This document shows, piece after piece, positions 36,621 to 49,667 of a DNA stretch of 64,000 nt. The notes beneath the pieces were generated by a model. It was not told the DNA's origin. It worked only from the letters and a program-made list of their open reading frames with translations, and did not search any database. The translations under genes were made by a program, and so were the position numbers. Every line of letters starts with the position of its first letter. Position 1 is the first letter of the stretch. The stretch is from Octopus sinensis. Its lineage: Eukaryota. The stretch covers positions 17,174,001 to 17,238,000 of the forward strand of contig NC_043023.1 in NCBI RefSeq assembly GCF_006345805.1, read 5' to 3'.

Positions 36621-37664
36621 GAAAAGTGTTAGGAAGCGGATGAAATGCAGTTCAATGAGGAGGGAATTAATAAGGGAAGAGGAAGGGTGTCTGTGTGCAA
36701 GTATAGAAGTGGAACCTCATCTGAAAATGGACATGTAGGAAGGTGTGGGTTTGTGTGTACGGTTGCTTGGGATATGCATGTGTCTAGAAGTGTGCAAACT
36801 CAGAAGTTTCGTGGTGTAGATTCGTTGGGTATGCGAGATGTTGGTGTGTGTGTGTACGAGCTGTCGTTAAGAGTGTGAGAAGAAAGTGTGGATGTGAGGA
36901 GGTAGAAGTGTGCACGAGTGGGAAGTAAATGAAATGGCGAGATGAATGAGGAGGGAGTGATGGATGTGTGGGAAAGTATACGAGTGTGAAACGGTTTCAG
37001 GCGAACGGAAGGTTTGTGCTGAAATAAGCATGAAAGAGAAAAGACACGAATTCTGTGAGAGAAGAACGGTTAAAGAAGAAAATATTAAAAAATTTTAAGA
37101 CATTGGTAATAATTAATAAAATCCAGATGTGTGAAAAATGTACGCGAATTGCTAGTGAGTAGCCAGTGAAGACAGGAAACTCGCGATCAGTCAGCCATCT
37201 ACATTTTTTCCATCCGGTGGCATTCCAGACGTTTGGTGGAGTCGGTCCACTAACTGCGAGATTCCTGTCTTCACTGGCAACTCACTGGCAATTCACCCAA
37301 CAGAGGCAACTGATGAGGCTCGTGACGGCGTTTGGCTGTTCCAGTATCTCAGCCTCGCCATCACCCATGGCAACGCGGCAAGCATACTGCCGTGCCCCAA
37401 TAGCCTAAAGTAGTGAATTGTTTTGTTTTTTCTCCTTTTTCATCTCTCTTTTTTACTTTCAATTTTTTCAATTGTGTTTTCTGTTTAGTTCAATTTTCTA
37501 ATTTAATCTTCTAAAACGGTAAACCCTGTGAAGGCAATAAATTACGGATAAAAGTGAAAGACACAAGCAAGATTTTTTTAAACAAACTTGGAGTATTTTG
37601 TTTTTGGATTTGGTTTGCAAGATTCTTTATGTGAGTTCGTGTGTTGAAGCATATTCTGTTGTGT

Positions 37665-37872
37665 CTGGGGAGTGTGATTTTCTTTTTGTGCCTTATAACA
37701 CACCCACCGGTAAAATTTCCACTTATTTCTTATTTTTATTTTCCTAAAATTTTCGTTGTGTCTTGCAACCTTTTCAATAGTCTTGACTCTGTCCGTTATT
37801 TACACTGCGTTCCCTTTTGTTTGTTTGTGCTCATGTGTGTGGCGCAGTGTGTGTATGTATGTATATTATATG

Positions 37873-37906
<34 letters not shown>

Positions 37907-38221
37907 TGTATGTATGTATGTATTGTTTGAATGTGTATGTATGTATGTTTTGTATGCATATGTATATATGTAGGTGGTTGTATCTGTATGTACGTATCCT
38001 GCATATTTATGTGCTTGCATGTCCGTGTTTGTGTATTTCCTATGTATGTGTGTGTGCAAGCGTGTGTTTGTATATGTATGCACCTCTGTCTCCTTGTGTG
38101 TGCATGTCTGTGTGTGTTATACAACTACGTACCATGTTTGTATGTATGGGTGTGCATCTTTATATGTGTTGATCCGTGTCTCCATATTTGTCTGTTTATA
38201 CATTCATCCATGCATGTGTAG

Positions 38222-38267
<46 letters not shown>

Positions 38268-38445
38268 TCCCACACATGAGCACAAAGAAACAAAGGAACC
38301 GGTAGTAAAAAACGGACAGAGTCAAACTTGGAAAGGTTGCAAGACGCAACGAAAATTTTAGGAAAATAAAAAATAAGAAATAAGTGGAAATTTTACCGGT
38401 GGGTGTGTTACATAAAAAGGCACAAAAAGAAAATGACCCTCCCCA
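37665..38445. repeat. Inverted repeat pair (~120-bp arms) around a microsatellite-rich core; MITE-like
   Basis: acacacccaccggtaaaatttccacttatttctt... at ~37700 and its reverse complement at ~38330-38410. Confidence 0.65.
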
Positions 38446-38650
38446 AGCTTGGAGTAGATGTGCCAAAAACATGTAAAATAAACAGTAAATGTAGACGAAA
38501 AACAAAACAAAAAACACAAAAAACCCAAAACTTACACTATTGAATTCACTTTTATTTTATCAATATCACCTCGTGATAATTATACATACATGCATATATA
38601 CCTACATACATACATACATACATACATACATACATACATACATACATACA

Positions 38651-38688
<38 letters not shown>

Positions 38689-38789
38689 TCCAAAAAAAGA
38701 AGAACAAACACAAAAAAATACAAAAAGAAACAACGCGAGGACGTGGTTCATGTAAAGTATTAGCAGACGCTCAGGGAAGAAAGAAGTTG

Positions 38790-38828
38790 GTTTAACGTTT
38801 CGAGCAACGCTCTTCCATCTTCAGAAAC
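38790..38828 (-). ncRNA. Degenerate minimal hammerhead ribozyme-like motif
   Basis: Reverse complement gtttCTGAAGAtggaa gagc gtt gctc GAAACgTTAaac. Confidence 0.4.
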
Positions 38829-38967
38829 AGAGGAATCTCAAATGGAAAAAAAGACGGAGGAAGAAAATCGCCACCGATTCACAAGTGGTTACATTTTGAA
38901 TATATATATATACTTATTATTTATATTTATATTTATATTTATATTTGTATTTATATTGAGGGCATTA

Positions 38968-39499
38968 TCTATATATATAAAACTGTAGTTGTGTGAGTGT
39001 CTGTCCCCTTCGATTTAGATTCCTAACTCCTTCCACATTTTGCGGTGCAGTTTAACCAAATTCGGGTATCTTATAGTCGTGATTATATCAAGCCGTCTGG
39101 CTATTAGCGCGCGTCTACGATGAGTCTACGATTTTAAAATAATTTAACATCATTTTTTTATTCCATTTTAATGCATAATTTTTCGTGTGTCGATGGCGGC
39201 GGAGTTGGCGTCCACACTCAAACACCTGCACCTGTTTGCTTCTCCCCCTTCTTCCCTCCCTCGTGAAGCTGTGGGGAAGGGAGTTTAAGGAAATCAACGT
39301 CGAAATGCGTTGTCAAGGTGACCAGCGTTCTTTTAGAGCAACGACTTCATGGCTTGAAGACACTGAGTCAACGATTTAAAAAAAAAATTATCATCATTTT
39401 TTATTCCATTTTTAATGCATTTTTTTGCTATAACTCACTAAAAATGCTTATATAGTTATTTCCCTTACAAACCCGAGCAACGCCGGGCGATACTGCTAG
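38968..39499 (+). mobile_element. Non-autonomous Helitron
   Basis: 5' TC(tatatatataaaactg), 3' hairpin cccgagcaacgccggg followed by CTAG, inserted between A and T; same family at 58994-59630. Confidence 0.8.
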
Positions 39500-39713
39500 T
39501 TATACATAAATGCCAAACGCAAGGAAGATCTCTTAAAGTCAAAACTACCAAAAAAAATGTCTTTATTTCTTTTGGTAGTTTTGACTTTAAGACTCCCTCC
39601 AATATAAAAGAATTTAATTAAGAGAAAAATTGATGGATTTTTCTCTTATAAGGTTTTTCACACTAACTACTTAATAAATTCTTATAAAGATTTTATCCTA
39701 TTTTTTACCTATT

Positions 39714-39744
<31 letters not shown>

Positions 39745-39836
39745 GGTTCTGCTATCTAATAATCATTTATATATATATGGGTGTGTGTATATATACATAT
39801 ATGTCTGTTATATGTATATATATATAATTATATATA

Positions 39837-39867
<31 letters not shown>

Positions 39868-39918
39868 AAATAGATATATAGATGTATATATATAAATATT
39901 ATATATGTATATATATAT

Positions 39919-39969
<51 letters not shown>

Positions 39970-40128
39970 AAATATATATATATATAAATATATATAATGT
40001 ATATATATATATATAAAATATATATATATATGTATAGATATCTATATATATGTATATATATCTATATATATATGTATATATATATATGTATAATATGTAT
40101 ATATATATATGCTATAATATATTATATG

Positions 40129-40161
<33 letters not shown>

Positions 40162-40274
40162 GTATAATATATATATATTATGTATATATATTATGTATAT
40201 ATATATATAGTATATGTATATATATATATGTATATATATATATATTATATATATATGTATATGTATATATATAT

Positions 40275-40309
<35 letters not shown>

Positions 40310-40320
40310 ATATATATATA

Positions 40321-41560
40321 AAGGCCTTTGATAAAGTCGATCATGGAATGATATGTCACAAACTGCGTGATCTCAACATAGTTGGAAAACTGGAAGAATG
40401 GCTTCATGACTTTCTGAAAGATAGAAATGAGGTGGTAGTATCCAATGGGGCCACTTCCATTAACACGCAAATAGTGAGCGGTGTTCCGCAGGGCACTGTT
40501 TTGGGACCACTACTGTTCATAATGGCCCTCTCAGACATGCTATGCCCTCAGCCACGCAGAGAACCACGATCACAAGTTATGCAGATGATACAAAGGTTTC
40601 ACAGGCAATACTGAACCCTGAGGACACTAAACGCCTGCAATGTGAGCTGGACAAAATATACAAGTGGGCTGAAAAGAATAGCATGCAGTTCAATGCTGAA
40701 AAGTTTCAAGCTTTATACTATCAGCATGCAAAACTAATTGCAAAAGCCAATGAATACACTGGACCCGGAGGAATTGCAATCCCAGAGGCACAATCAGTGC
40801 GTGACCTGGGTATTTACATGAGTGATGACGCAACCTTTCGTGTACATGTTGCTAAATTGGCAATGAAAGTAGACGATGGCCGGATGGCTTCTCAGAACCT
40901 TTAGAACAAGAGAACAAGAAAACATGATGGTCCTTGGAGGGACACTTGTCCTAAGCCACTTTGACTATTGCTCTCAGTTATGGTCACCATCCAGTGTCAA
41001 GTTGATCACAGAACTTGAGGCGATCCAACGTAGCTACACGAAGAAGATAGCCTCTATGCAGAATATAAGCTACTGGGAAAGACTCAACAGATTAAAACTA
41101 TATTCCTTGGAGCGTAGGCGGAAAATATGCCATAATATACATCTGGAAGATCCTGGAGGGACTTGTCCCAAATTTGGCACTCGAGAGTTACACAAATGCC
41201 AGAAATGGGCGCCACTGCGTGGTGTCTCGGACTCCAAATTGCCATCAAGATGCAGGACAAGATACTGTGATAGACTGGGCTTCCGAGCCCACAGCTCTTC
41301 AAGATCCTCCGAAGAACCTAAGAGACCTGCATGGAGTGGATGCAGATGTCTTTAAAATGAAACTGGATTTCTTCCTCTCGTCAGGTATCCCAGATGAACC
41401 AACTTCACGACAGGAGGGCAGATGAGGCAGCTGCATCGAACTCTCTCATGCACCAAATGGCAGTTGCTAAAAGGCTTTCGTGAAGTAAAACCTGTAGCAA
41501 CACCAAATTGCGGTGCCCCAGCATGGCCACAGCTCATGACTGAAACTAGAATCAATCATC
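40321..41560 (+). mobile_element. 5'-truncated CR1-like LINE RT fragment, frameshifted
   Basis: KAFDKVDH, SGVPQGTVLGPLLF, YADDTK, MQFNAEK, RDLGI, DYCSQLWSP, LYSLERRR; (ATCA)n tail; flanked by (TA)n. Confidence 0.9.
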
Positions 41561-41576
41561 AATCAATATGTATATA

Positions 41577-41625
<49 letters not shown>

Positions 41626-41664
41626 TATAATATACATTATACATATATATATATATATATAATG

Positions 41665-41700
<36 letters not shown>

Positions 41701-41896
41701 ATGTATACATATATATATATTATATATATAGATATATATATATATATTGTGTGTGTGTATATATATATATGTATATATTATATATGTATATAATTATATA
41801 TAGATATATATATGTATATGTATATATATATATATGTATATATATATCTATATATATAATATACATAAATATCCTATATATATACATATGTATATG

Positions 41897-41941
<45 letters not shown>

Positions 41942-42111
41942 AATATTAGGGAATAAATCCAAATTTACAGGGAAAATCAGATTTAGGATTAAATCGATTT
42001 TATAGTAAAATATTATAAAATATTATTCGAGACAAAACCACTATTTGCAAAACAAACAAGGAAAGACTTAATCCATACATTTATTTTTAATAAATAGTAA
42101 AAAAAAAACCG

Positions 42112-42154
42112 CCACTACAATCGTTTCTTGTCTTGATCGACAATCTTCAGGTGG
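42112..42154 (-). ncRNA. Minimal type I hammerhead ribozyme (opposite-polarity copy)
   Basis: Exact reverse complement of 42217-42259. Confidence 0.8.
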
Positions 42155-42216
42155 ACTTCCAATAATTCAGTGTCAAATTATGAAGTCTCATAATTTGACA
42201 CTGAATTATTGGAAGT

Positions 42217-42259
42217 CCACCTGAAGATTGTCGATCAAGACAAGAAACGATTGTAGTGG
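42217..42259 (+). ncRNA. Minimal type I hammerhead ribozyme
   Basis: ccac-CTGAAGA-ttgtc(gatcaa)gacaa-GAAAC-gatt-GTA-gtgg: complete core, stems I/II/III and GUA cleavage triplet at 42253-42255. Confidence 0.8.
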
Positions 42260-42389
42260 CGGTTTTTTGACTATTTATTAAAATATTATGTATTGATTAA
42301 GTCTTTCCTTGTTGTTTTGCAAAAATAGTGGTTTTGTCTCGAATAATATTTTATATATATATTATATATACATATACATATATATATAC

Positions 42390-42424
<35 letters not shown>

Positions 42425-42957
42425 CATATTATATTACATATTCTAATACATATTATATATATATATATATAGATAGATATAATATATATATATATAGATA
42501 TATATATATATATGATTATTAGATAGCAGAACCTTTTTTTGCACATATTCTTCACGATTTTTGACACTAATTTATTGGAATTGAATTGAAATATTTCGGT
42601 ACATGGTAATACATGTAAAAAAGATTACACTTTGCTGGGATGGAATTATCCTTTAAAGTTACACTAATATATTATTACAAGGTATTTATTTTTCACTCGT
42701 TAGGGAACGATAAAAACCTTCTCAGACGGTCAGAATCTAACAAGTGACTTGTCCGTTTTAGTGTTTTTAACTGATCCCTATGCTGACTCACTCGCACCTT
42801 TTACAATTTAATAACTGATGTATTGTTAAATTCCTTATTTCAAAGTTTATCTTTCACCGTTTTTAAAACTCGGAAATGCAAGACATCTATCACACATATA
42901 TATACATACATACATACATACATATATATACACACACATATATATAATTATATAGAC

Positions 42958-42996
<39 letters not shown>

Positions 42997-43129
42997 TATA
43001 GATATATATAGATATATACTAGATGGATATTTACATATATATATAACATATATACATATAATATATATAATATTTATAATATATATGACATATATACATA
43101 TATACCTATATATATATATATATATATAC

Positions 43130-43293
43130 TTTATTTTAAGCAGCAGAAAATCAACAAATCTGTTAATATGAGTTTCGCTCGTTGCCGTTCCTCAGACAGT
43201 TTTGCTAGATTCTAGCAAAAACTGTCTGATGAACGGCAACGAGAAAACTCAGAGTAACAGATTTTGTTGAATTTTCTGCTGCTTAAAATAAAG
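43130..43293. repeat. Palindrome with hammerhead-like motifs in both arms
   Basis: Centre ~43210; + arm ctgt-CTGATGA-acg(gcaa)cga-GAAAactcagaGTA-acag at 43222-43260; minus arm is more degenerate. Confidence 0.7.
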
Positions 43294-43362
43294 CAGATTA
43301 CTCTACCACTGGTATTGGAGTACTCTTTTTTCCACCTTGTTTCACATTTATGTGTTTACTCC

Positions 43363-43396
<34 letters not shown>

Positions 43397-43445
43397 ATAT
43401 ATATATATACACACATAACACACACACCCGCACACACACACAGAC

Positions 43446-43477
<32 letters not shown>

Positions 43478-43651
43478 TATATATAGTTAATCCAAACAAG
43501 AAAGCACAAAAAAACACAACGCGATGATGTGGAACAAATATAGTATTATTGAACTAATTACCGAATCTCAGTTTTTTATACGCTAGACCACTGTTTTTCA
43601 AATTGCTGTTATCAAATTGATATCCAATATTTCACCCTCATTTTGATTTTA

Positions 43652-43682
<31 letters not shown>

Positions 43683-43683
<1 letters not shown>

Positions 43684-44340
43684 TCGCATCTTTTTTTCCC
43701 TTCTTATGCTTAATATATTTTCTGAAATATTCTGTTGCACACAAAGACAAGTTTATGTATTTGCTTTCCCAATGTAATATTCAAAGAGTGATTATTCTAT
43801 GTTGTTTCTTTGCTGTTGTAATTTTTCCTCTGTGACTCATTTATTTTATTGTTGTTAAAAAAACAATTTTCATCTGAGAAAAATCCTCGTCTGTCATATT
43901 TCTGAAACACTTCTCTTCTCTCTATCAACTACAACACACAACATTAATGTTAAAGGGGTGACTCCACCGTAAGGAATCTTATTTGGCAACTGACCGAACC
44001 AACGCTTAAAAGATCTTCTATAAACATTTTAAGATTTGTGATCTATACAACCATTCACCCCACCCTCTCTCTCTCTCTCTGTGAGCTGGTTGAATCGTTA
44101 GCACGCCGGCAAAAATTCTTAGCGATATTTCATCTCTCGCTACGTTGTGAGTTCAAATTCCGCTGAGGTCGACTTGACCGTTTATTCTTTCGGGGTCAAT
44201 AAAATAAGAGCTAGTTGAATATTGGGGTCAAATTAATCGACTATCCCCCGTCTACCAAATTTCAGGCCTTGTGCCTATAGTAGAAAAAGATTATTATTAT
44301 TATGAAGGATAAGTTAGCGAGCTGGTAGAATCGTTATACG
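43683..44340. repeat. Inverted copy of the 22340-23910 region
   Basis: 43683-44110 is the reverse complement of 23480-23910, and the adjoining SINE matches 22345-22575. Confidence 0.85.
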
Positions 44341-44885
44341 CCATGCGAAATACTTAGCGGTATGTCGTCTGTCTTTACGTTCTGAGTTCAAAATTCCGCC
44401 AATGTCGACTTTGCCTTCATCCTTTCGGGGGAGGGTCAGTTAAATTCAGTACCAGTAGCGTACTAATCGACTGGGCCCCTTCCACAAAATTTCAGACCTT
44501 GTGCCTATCGTAGAAAGCATTAGTATTATTATGAAGGTCAAGGCGGCGGGCTGGCAGAATTGTTAGCACGCCCGTCGAAATGTTTAGCTGTATTTCGCGC
44601 GTCGCTACGTTCTGAGTTCAAATTCCGCCGAGGTCAACTTTGATAATAATATTGATTAACTACATTGATACAGGATTACATATTTGTGGGTAGGTAAGAG
44701 TCAATTATATCGATCCCTGTATATTTCATGGTATTTTATTTTGTAACTGTACTTATTTAATCGACCCCGAAAGGATGAAAGGCAAAGTCGACCTCGGCGG
44801 AATTTGAACTCAGAATGTAGCGGCAGGCGAAATACGGCTACGCATTTCGCCCAGCGTGCTAACGTTTCTGCCAGCTCCCCGCCAT
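44083..44885. mobile_element. Cluster of four tRNA-derived SINEs (three +, one -)
   Basis: Repeated gagctggcagaatcgttagc...gagttcaaattccgccgaggtcgac units. Confidence 0.8.
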
Positions 44886-44949
44886 AAACGGAGTGGATAT
44901 TAAATTACAACTGGATACGGTAGTGACATTTCAATCTTTAACACCTACA

Positions 44950-45492
44950 CCTGGTAGAAAATAAAGAAACCTATGTCAAGAAAAACAGCAAAAATTGCAC
45001 GTGACAAACTACACTTTGTGGGGGAAAAAAGCAAAATGGAATTCGTCGGTAAAGTATCAAAATGCGTTTGAAAAGATAAAAAAATACTAATTTCTGATTT
45101 GTCACCAGCGTATTTCGATCCTGAAATGGACAAAGTCGAAGCTTCGATTGCATCGGGTTATTGAATAGGAGCTGTCATGCTACAAAGTATAAAGAAGGAA
45201 ATATGAAGCCAGTAGTTCAAGCTTCACGTTCGCTGGTAGTAGCGGAAGAAAGTATAGGGAGATAGAGAAGCAGGTTCTTTCGATTATTTTTGCGGTAAAA
45301 AAATTTCACAAATTTCTACACGGTAGACATTTTTGTTACAAATCGACCATTACAATCAATTTTGAAATAAAAAAAAACTGATTGCCTACCCATACAGCGA
45401 ACCGACAAGCAGGTTCTTTCGATTATTTTTGCGGTAAAAAAAGATTCACAAATTTCTACACGGTAGATATTTTTTGTTACAAATCGACCATC
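44950..45492 (+). mobile_element. Ty3/Gypsy RT-RNase H fragment
   Basis: DASGY.IGAV.LQ...KPVVQASRSL..AE..Y.EIEKQ.LSIIFAVKKFHKFLHGRHF; local tandem duplication of the last ~90 bp. Confidence 0.8.
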
Positions 45493-46059
45493 GACGTTGG
45501 TGTGTTTATTTCCCTGTCACTTAGCGGTTCGGCAAAAAGAGACCGATAGAATAAGCATTGGGCTTACAAAGAATAAGTCCCGAGGTCGATTTGCTCGACT
45601 AAAGGTGCTCCTCCAGCATGGCCGCAGTCACATGACTGAAGCAAGTAAAAGAGTAAAAGAGAGAGAGAGAAGAGAGAGAGAGAGTATCTACATATTCGCA
45701 AATTTCGACCTAAACTTCATCCTTCCACCTCTTTCTTTCAAACTTTAAGATAAACAGCTTTGCTTCCCGACACAGAACCTTCTCATAATCTCTCTCCGTC
45801 TTCCTCCAACTCATGTTTACTCAACCCTATACACCTACACTTATAAACACTCACCATTCTTATTTCAATCTTAGCAGTTAAAACCCCAGGTTGTTCTACT
45901 TCAAAGTATTTATTCTTAATCGATCCAACTTCAGCTCGTCAAATTCCTCCTTAAATCGCTTTTTTATTAGTTCCCATGCTCACAATCCCTTTCAACTCTT
46001 GCGGTCTTCCTACACCAAGGTACCGATGACAAGAACGAATCATTCGATATTCTGATTCA

Positions 46060-46578
46060 TTTGTTCAGTCTCCTTTTCCCGGTTTCTTGGTGTATAGGTT
46101 CTCCACCTAGACGGGACGCCAGTCCGTTGCAAGTGAGCTGCAAGATGCAGGAGGGAAAAGTGAGAGAAAGTTGTGGCGAAAGAATCAGCAGAAATTTCGC
46201 CATTACCTTCTGCCGGAGCCGCGTGGAGCTTATGTGTTTTCGCTCATAAACACACACACAACACCCGGTCTGAGATTCGAACCTGCGATCCCTCGACCGC
46301 GAGTCCGCTGCTATAACCACTAGGCCATGTGCCTCTCTGAAAGCCTAGCTAGGCTCATGGGCCCGGTTTCCCGGTTTCAATGGCGTATGTGTTCCCCAGC
46401 TGGACGGGACGCCAGTCCTTCGCAGCGTTACTCATTTTCGCCAGCTGGAGTGGACTGGAGCAACGTGAAATGAAGTGTTTTGCTCAAGAACACAACGCGT
46501 CGTCCGGTCCCGGAATCGAAACCACAATCTTACGATCATGATGCTGACACCCTAACCACTAAGCCACGCGCCTCCACA
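46060..46578 (-). mobile_element. Two tandem tRNA-derived SINEs ('ggcgcgtggcttagtggttaggg' type)
   Basis: tRNA-like heads at 46335 and 46578; related to 56376-56670 and 62031-62295. Confidence 0.7.
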
Positions 46579-47133
46579 AAGTATTCCTGGTCAAGACACC
46601 GATTCAATCTCCAAACACACTTAGTTATGTTGACGTCTATGAAATCCTCTCACTACGATCTGATGACGTCTGTCATATTATTTTATCGTCCCTAGAATGA
46701 TGTAAATCAAAGGTAACCTCGACGGAACTTGAACTCAGAAAGTGAAGATCTGTAACTAAAAGCCACTAAACTAACCCTCTAGTCATTGTGACGGTCTTGA
46801 GGGAGCATCATAGCCATGTGTTGAGAGGGATTATTTGGGGATTGAATAATTCACCTCTGGAAACATGGGTGTTTCGTTCAACATCCTTAAACAACCCTTA
46901 TTCAGGGACCTTTTGAGCGGGATGGGTTACTCGACCAGAAGAAAATCCTAACTGAGCCCCACCTGCAAGGTGATGTGCTGTTTATCTTGATATGAGGTCA
47001 CCATGTCGCACACATATGGTTGTGATGCATGTGCATGATGTACCCTTATCAGACGGGTAGTCATGATGGGTATACTGGGCTTTATATATTTTACCCCAGT
47101 GCCACTTTGATGACATGCACTGCTCTCTCACTC

Positions 47134-47169
<36 letters not shown>

Positions 47170-47460
47170 CATAATCATAATAATAATAATAATTAAGAGA
47201 AGAAGAAGAAGAAGAAGAAGAAGAAGAAGAAGAAGAAGAAGAAGAAGAAGAAGAGAAGAAGAAGAAGAAGAAGAAGAAGAAGAAGAACTATCAACATAGG
47301 TGTAGGAGTGGCCCAAGGCTATAGTAGAAGACACTTGCCCAAGGTGCCACACAGTGGGACTGAACCCGAAACCATGTGGTTCGTAAGCAAGCTACTACCC
47401 ACACAGCCACTCCTACGTTTATTAAATGCAGAAAATTTTGAAATTTCAAAAGTTCATTAC

Positions 47461-47552
47461 CTTTTCCATAGGAAATTTGTCACAGTATAAATAAATAAGA
47501 CTCCTTGTAAATGAGTTTTCGGTCATTTTAAACATTCTCTGCCAGTTTGTAC
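47461..47552 (-). CDS. PAN-domain secreted protein copy C, coding exon 3 (TNWQRMFKMTENSFTRSLIYLYCDKFPMEK)
   Basis: attcag| acceptor, AAG|gtaatg donor, 92 nt, open frame. Confidence 0.78.
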
Positions 47553-47814
47553 CTGAATCAGCAATAAATAGAAATCAACAATTTAGATGTAAATGTATAG
47601 ACAAGATGTTAGCCCTTAAATGGCAGGAACGAGTTACATGAATGTGTTGGACAAACTGGTAAAAAACGAAAAAATGTCCCTTTTGTTTCTCAGGGTAATA
47701 TTTACACTTACTTTCACTTTCATTTTGTACAAATGCTAGAACAACTGTCAGTCTGTCGCAGAATAAATTTTAAAAACTCATCATTGAAAACAGCCGTAAA
47801 GTATTCACTTTCCG

Positions 47815-48012
47815 GAGAGGACAAACAAGGACAGACAAATGGATTAAGTCGATTATATCGACCCCAGTGCGTACCTGGTAATTAATTTATCGACCCCGAA
47901 AGGATGAAAGGCAATGTCGACCTCGGGGGAATTTGAACTCAGAACGTAACGGCAGACGAAATACGGCTACGCATTTCGCCCGGCGTGCTGACGATTCTGC
48001 CAGCTCGCCGCC
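47815..48012 (-). mobile_element. tRNA-derived SINE
   Basis: Near-identical to 48860-49090. Confidence 0.8.
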
Positions 48013-48074
48013 CTCTTATTGATTAAAATATATCAAAATCAGAACATTATGCAAGAAAATGCTGATTTACATAC

Positions 48075-48404
48075 CGTTTTCTGGGAACGAAATATACAAT
48101 GAACAGTTGCAATCATAATCTTCGATTTCTTTGTCGTACCACAATCCATGTATATGACATGTACCTTTACAATAGCTAAAATACTGGCATTCGTCTTGTG
48201 ACATGCACCAACTCGAACATTCTATAGCAGACACCGTTTTTGCAGTTGTTATTCTCTGGTCACTTATGCATTTTGAAGAAGAGATTTTTCTGAATAAACC
48301 ATTTCTGTTCGCTGACTCTCCAGTCGTCGGAGTCACGAAAACTACAAGCGTCAAAGCTGGCAGCAACAGGAGAATCAAATGACATTGAATTGATGTTTCC
48401 ATTC
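48075..48404 (-). CDS. PAN-domain secreted protein copy C, coding exon 2 (signal + PAN/Apple-like)
   Basis: ttttcag|GA ATG acceptor; [20 protein letters not shown] signal; ECSSWCMSQDECQYFSYCKGTC; G|gtatgt donor; 330 nt. Confidence 0.83.
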
Positions 48405-48699
48405 CTGAAAAATATCCAAGCATACAAGTATACAGCATACATTCGTTTCTGTCTATTTATCTCTCTCTGTCTCTTTCTCTATTTGTCTGAGATTCGAACC
48501 CACGATCCCTCGACCGCGAGTCCGCTGCTCTAACCACCAGACCGTGGCTTTATACAGAATAAACTGTGTGAATGTACCTGGTGTACGGGTCGCCTACGAC
48601 CTCAGCGGGGTTTGAACTCCTAACGTAGACCCGGAAGAAATGTCGCTACCCACTTCCTCAGTTTAGTATTAAGAAAAGCAAAGGCAGAGTATAATTTGA

Positions 48700-49600
48700 G
48701 AAATAGTAAGGGCACAGTAAACCGTTGGCTCTACAAGGATGATCTGAAGCATTTTTTACTACGAATGAAAAAGAGATTGATTCCTTAATACAGACTGTAA
48801 GACTCTTCAGCAAAGATACAGCCATGGAATTTGGCGTAGATATGTGTGCAATATTATATTTCTTTACTACCCACAAGGGGCTAAACACAGAGGAGACAAA
48901 CAAGGACAGACAAACGGATTAAGTCGATTACATTCACCCCAGTGCAAAACTGGTACTTAATTTATCAACCCCGAAAGGATGAAAGGCAAAGTCGACCTCG
49001 GCGGAATTTGAACTCAGAACGTAACGGCAGACGAAATACGGCTACGCATTTCGACCGACGTGCTATAACGTTTCTGCCAGCTCGCCGCCTTGTGTAATAT
49101 TAGCCATGAGAAGGAGAAAGGTTGTCAACAGCGAAGGCATCCATTTAACAGATGGCCAGACATAAAAATCATAGAAAGGAGGAGAGAGTTATAAGTATCT
49201 AGACGTATTAGAATCTGCCAGAGTACTATCTACAGAAATGAAAACGAAAATTGAGGAGTACATCAGAAGGGTGAGGAAGCTAATGAAATCAAAGTAAATG
49301 GTTCGAATCTAGCGAAGGTCGTAAATACTCGGGTCGTATCATTACTTAGATACTCAGCAGCATTTGTAGATTGGAGATAACTGAATTAGCAAAGGTAGAC
49401 AGAAGAACTAGGAAGGAATTCAATATGAATGGAGGACTCGACCCAAGGGCAATAATAGCAAGATTATACATACCTAGAAAGTACGGAAGAGGGTTAATAT
49501 AAGCAGAAGGCTGCGTGCAGTTTGCTCGAGTAGACATAGACTCCTTTATAGGAAATAGTGAAGAAAGTTTATCAAGAGCTGCTAGAGTCGTAAGCATATC
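48700..49600 (+). mobile_element. Degenerate R4/Dong-clade LINE fragment interrupted by a SINE (48860-49090)
   Basis: DDLK.F, FSKD.AMEFG..MCA, YKYL.VLE, RYSA, RLYIPRKYGRGL motifs. Confidence 0.75.
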
Positions 49601-49667
49601 ATAGAATTATGAAAACAAATTTAGTAATTATCTCTCTTTTCATTCTTAATATCATTAATTCACTTAC

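Larger units (their letters stand above)
42013..42356. repeat. Long palindrome (81-bp perfect arms 42103-42183/42188-42268, imperfect extension on both sides)
   Basis: Arms checked base by base; 4-nt loop agtc. Confidence 0.95.
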
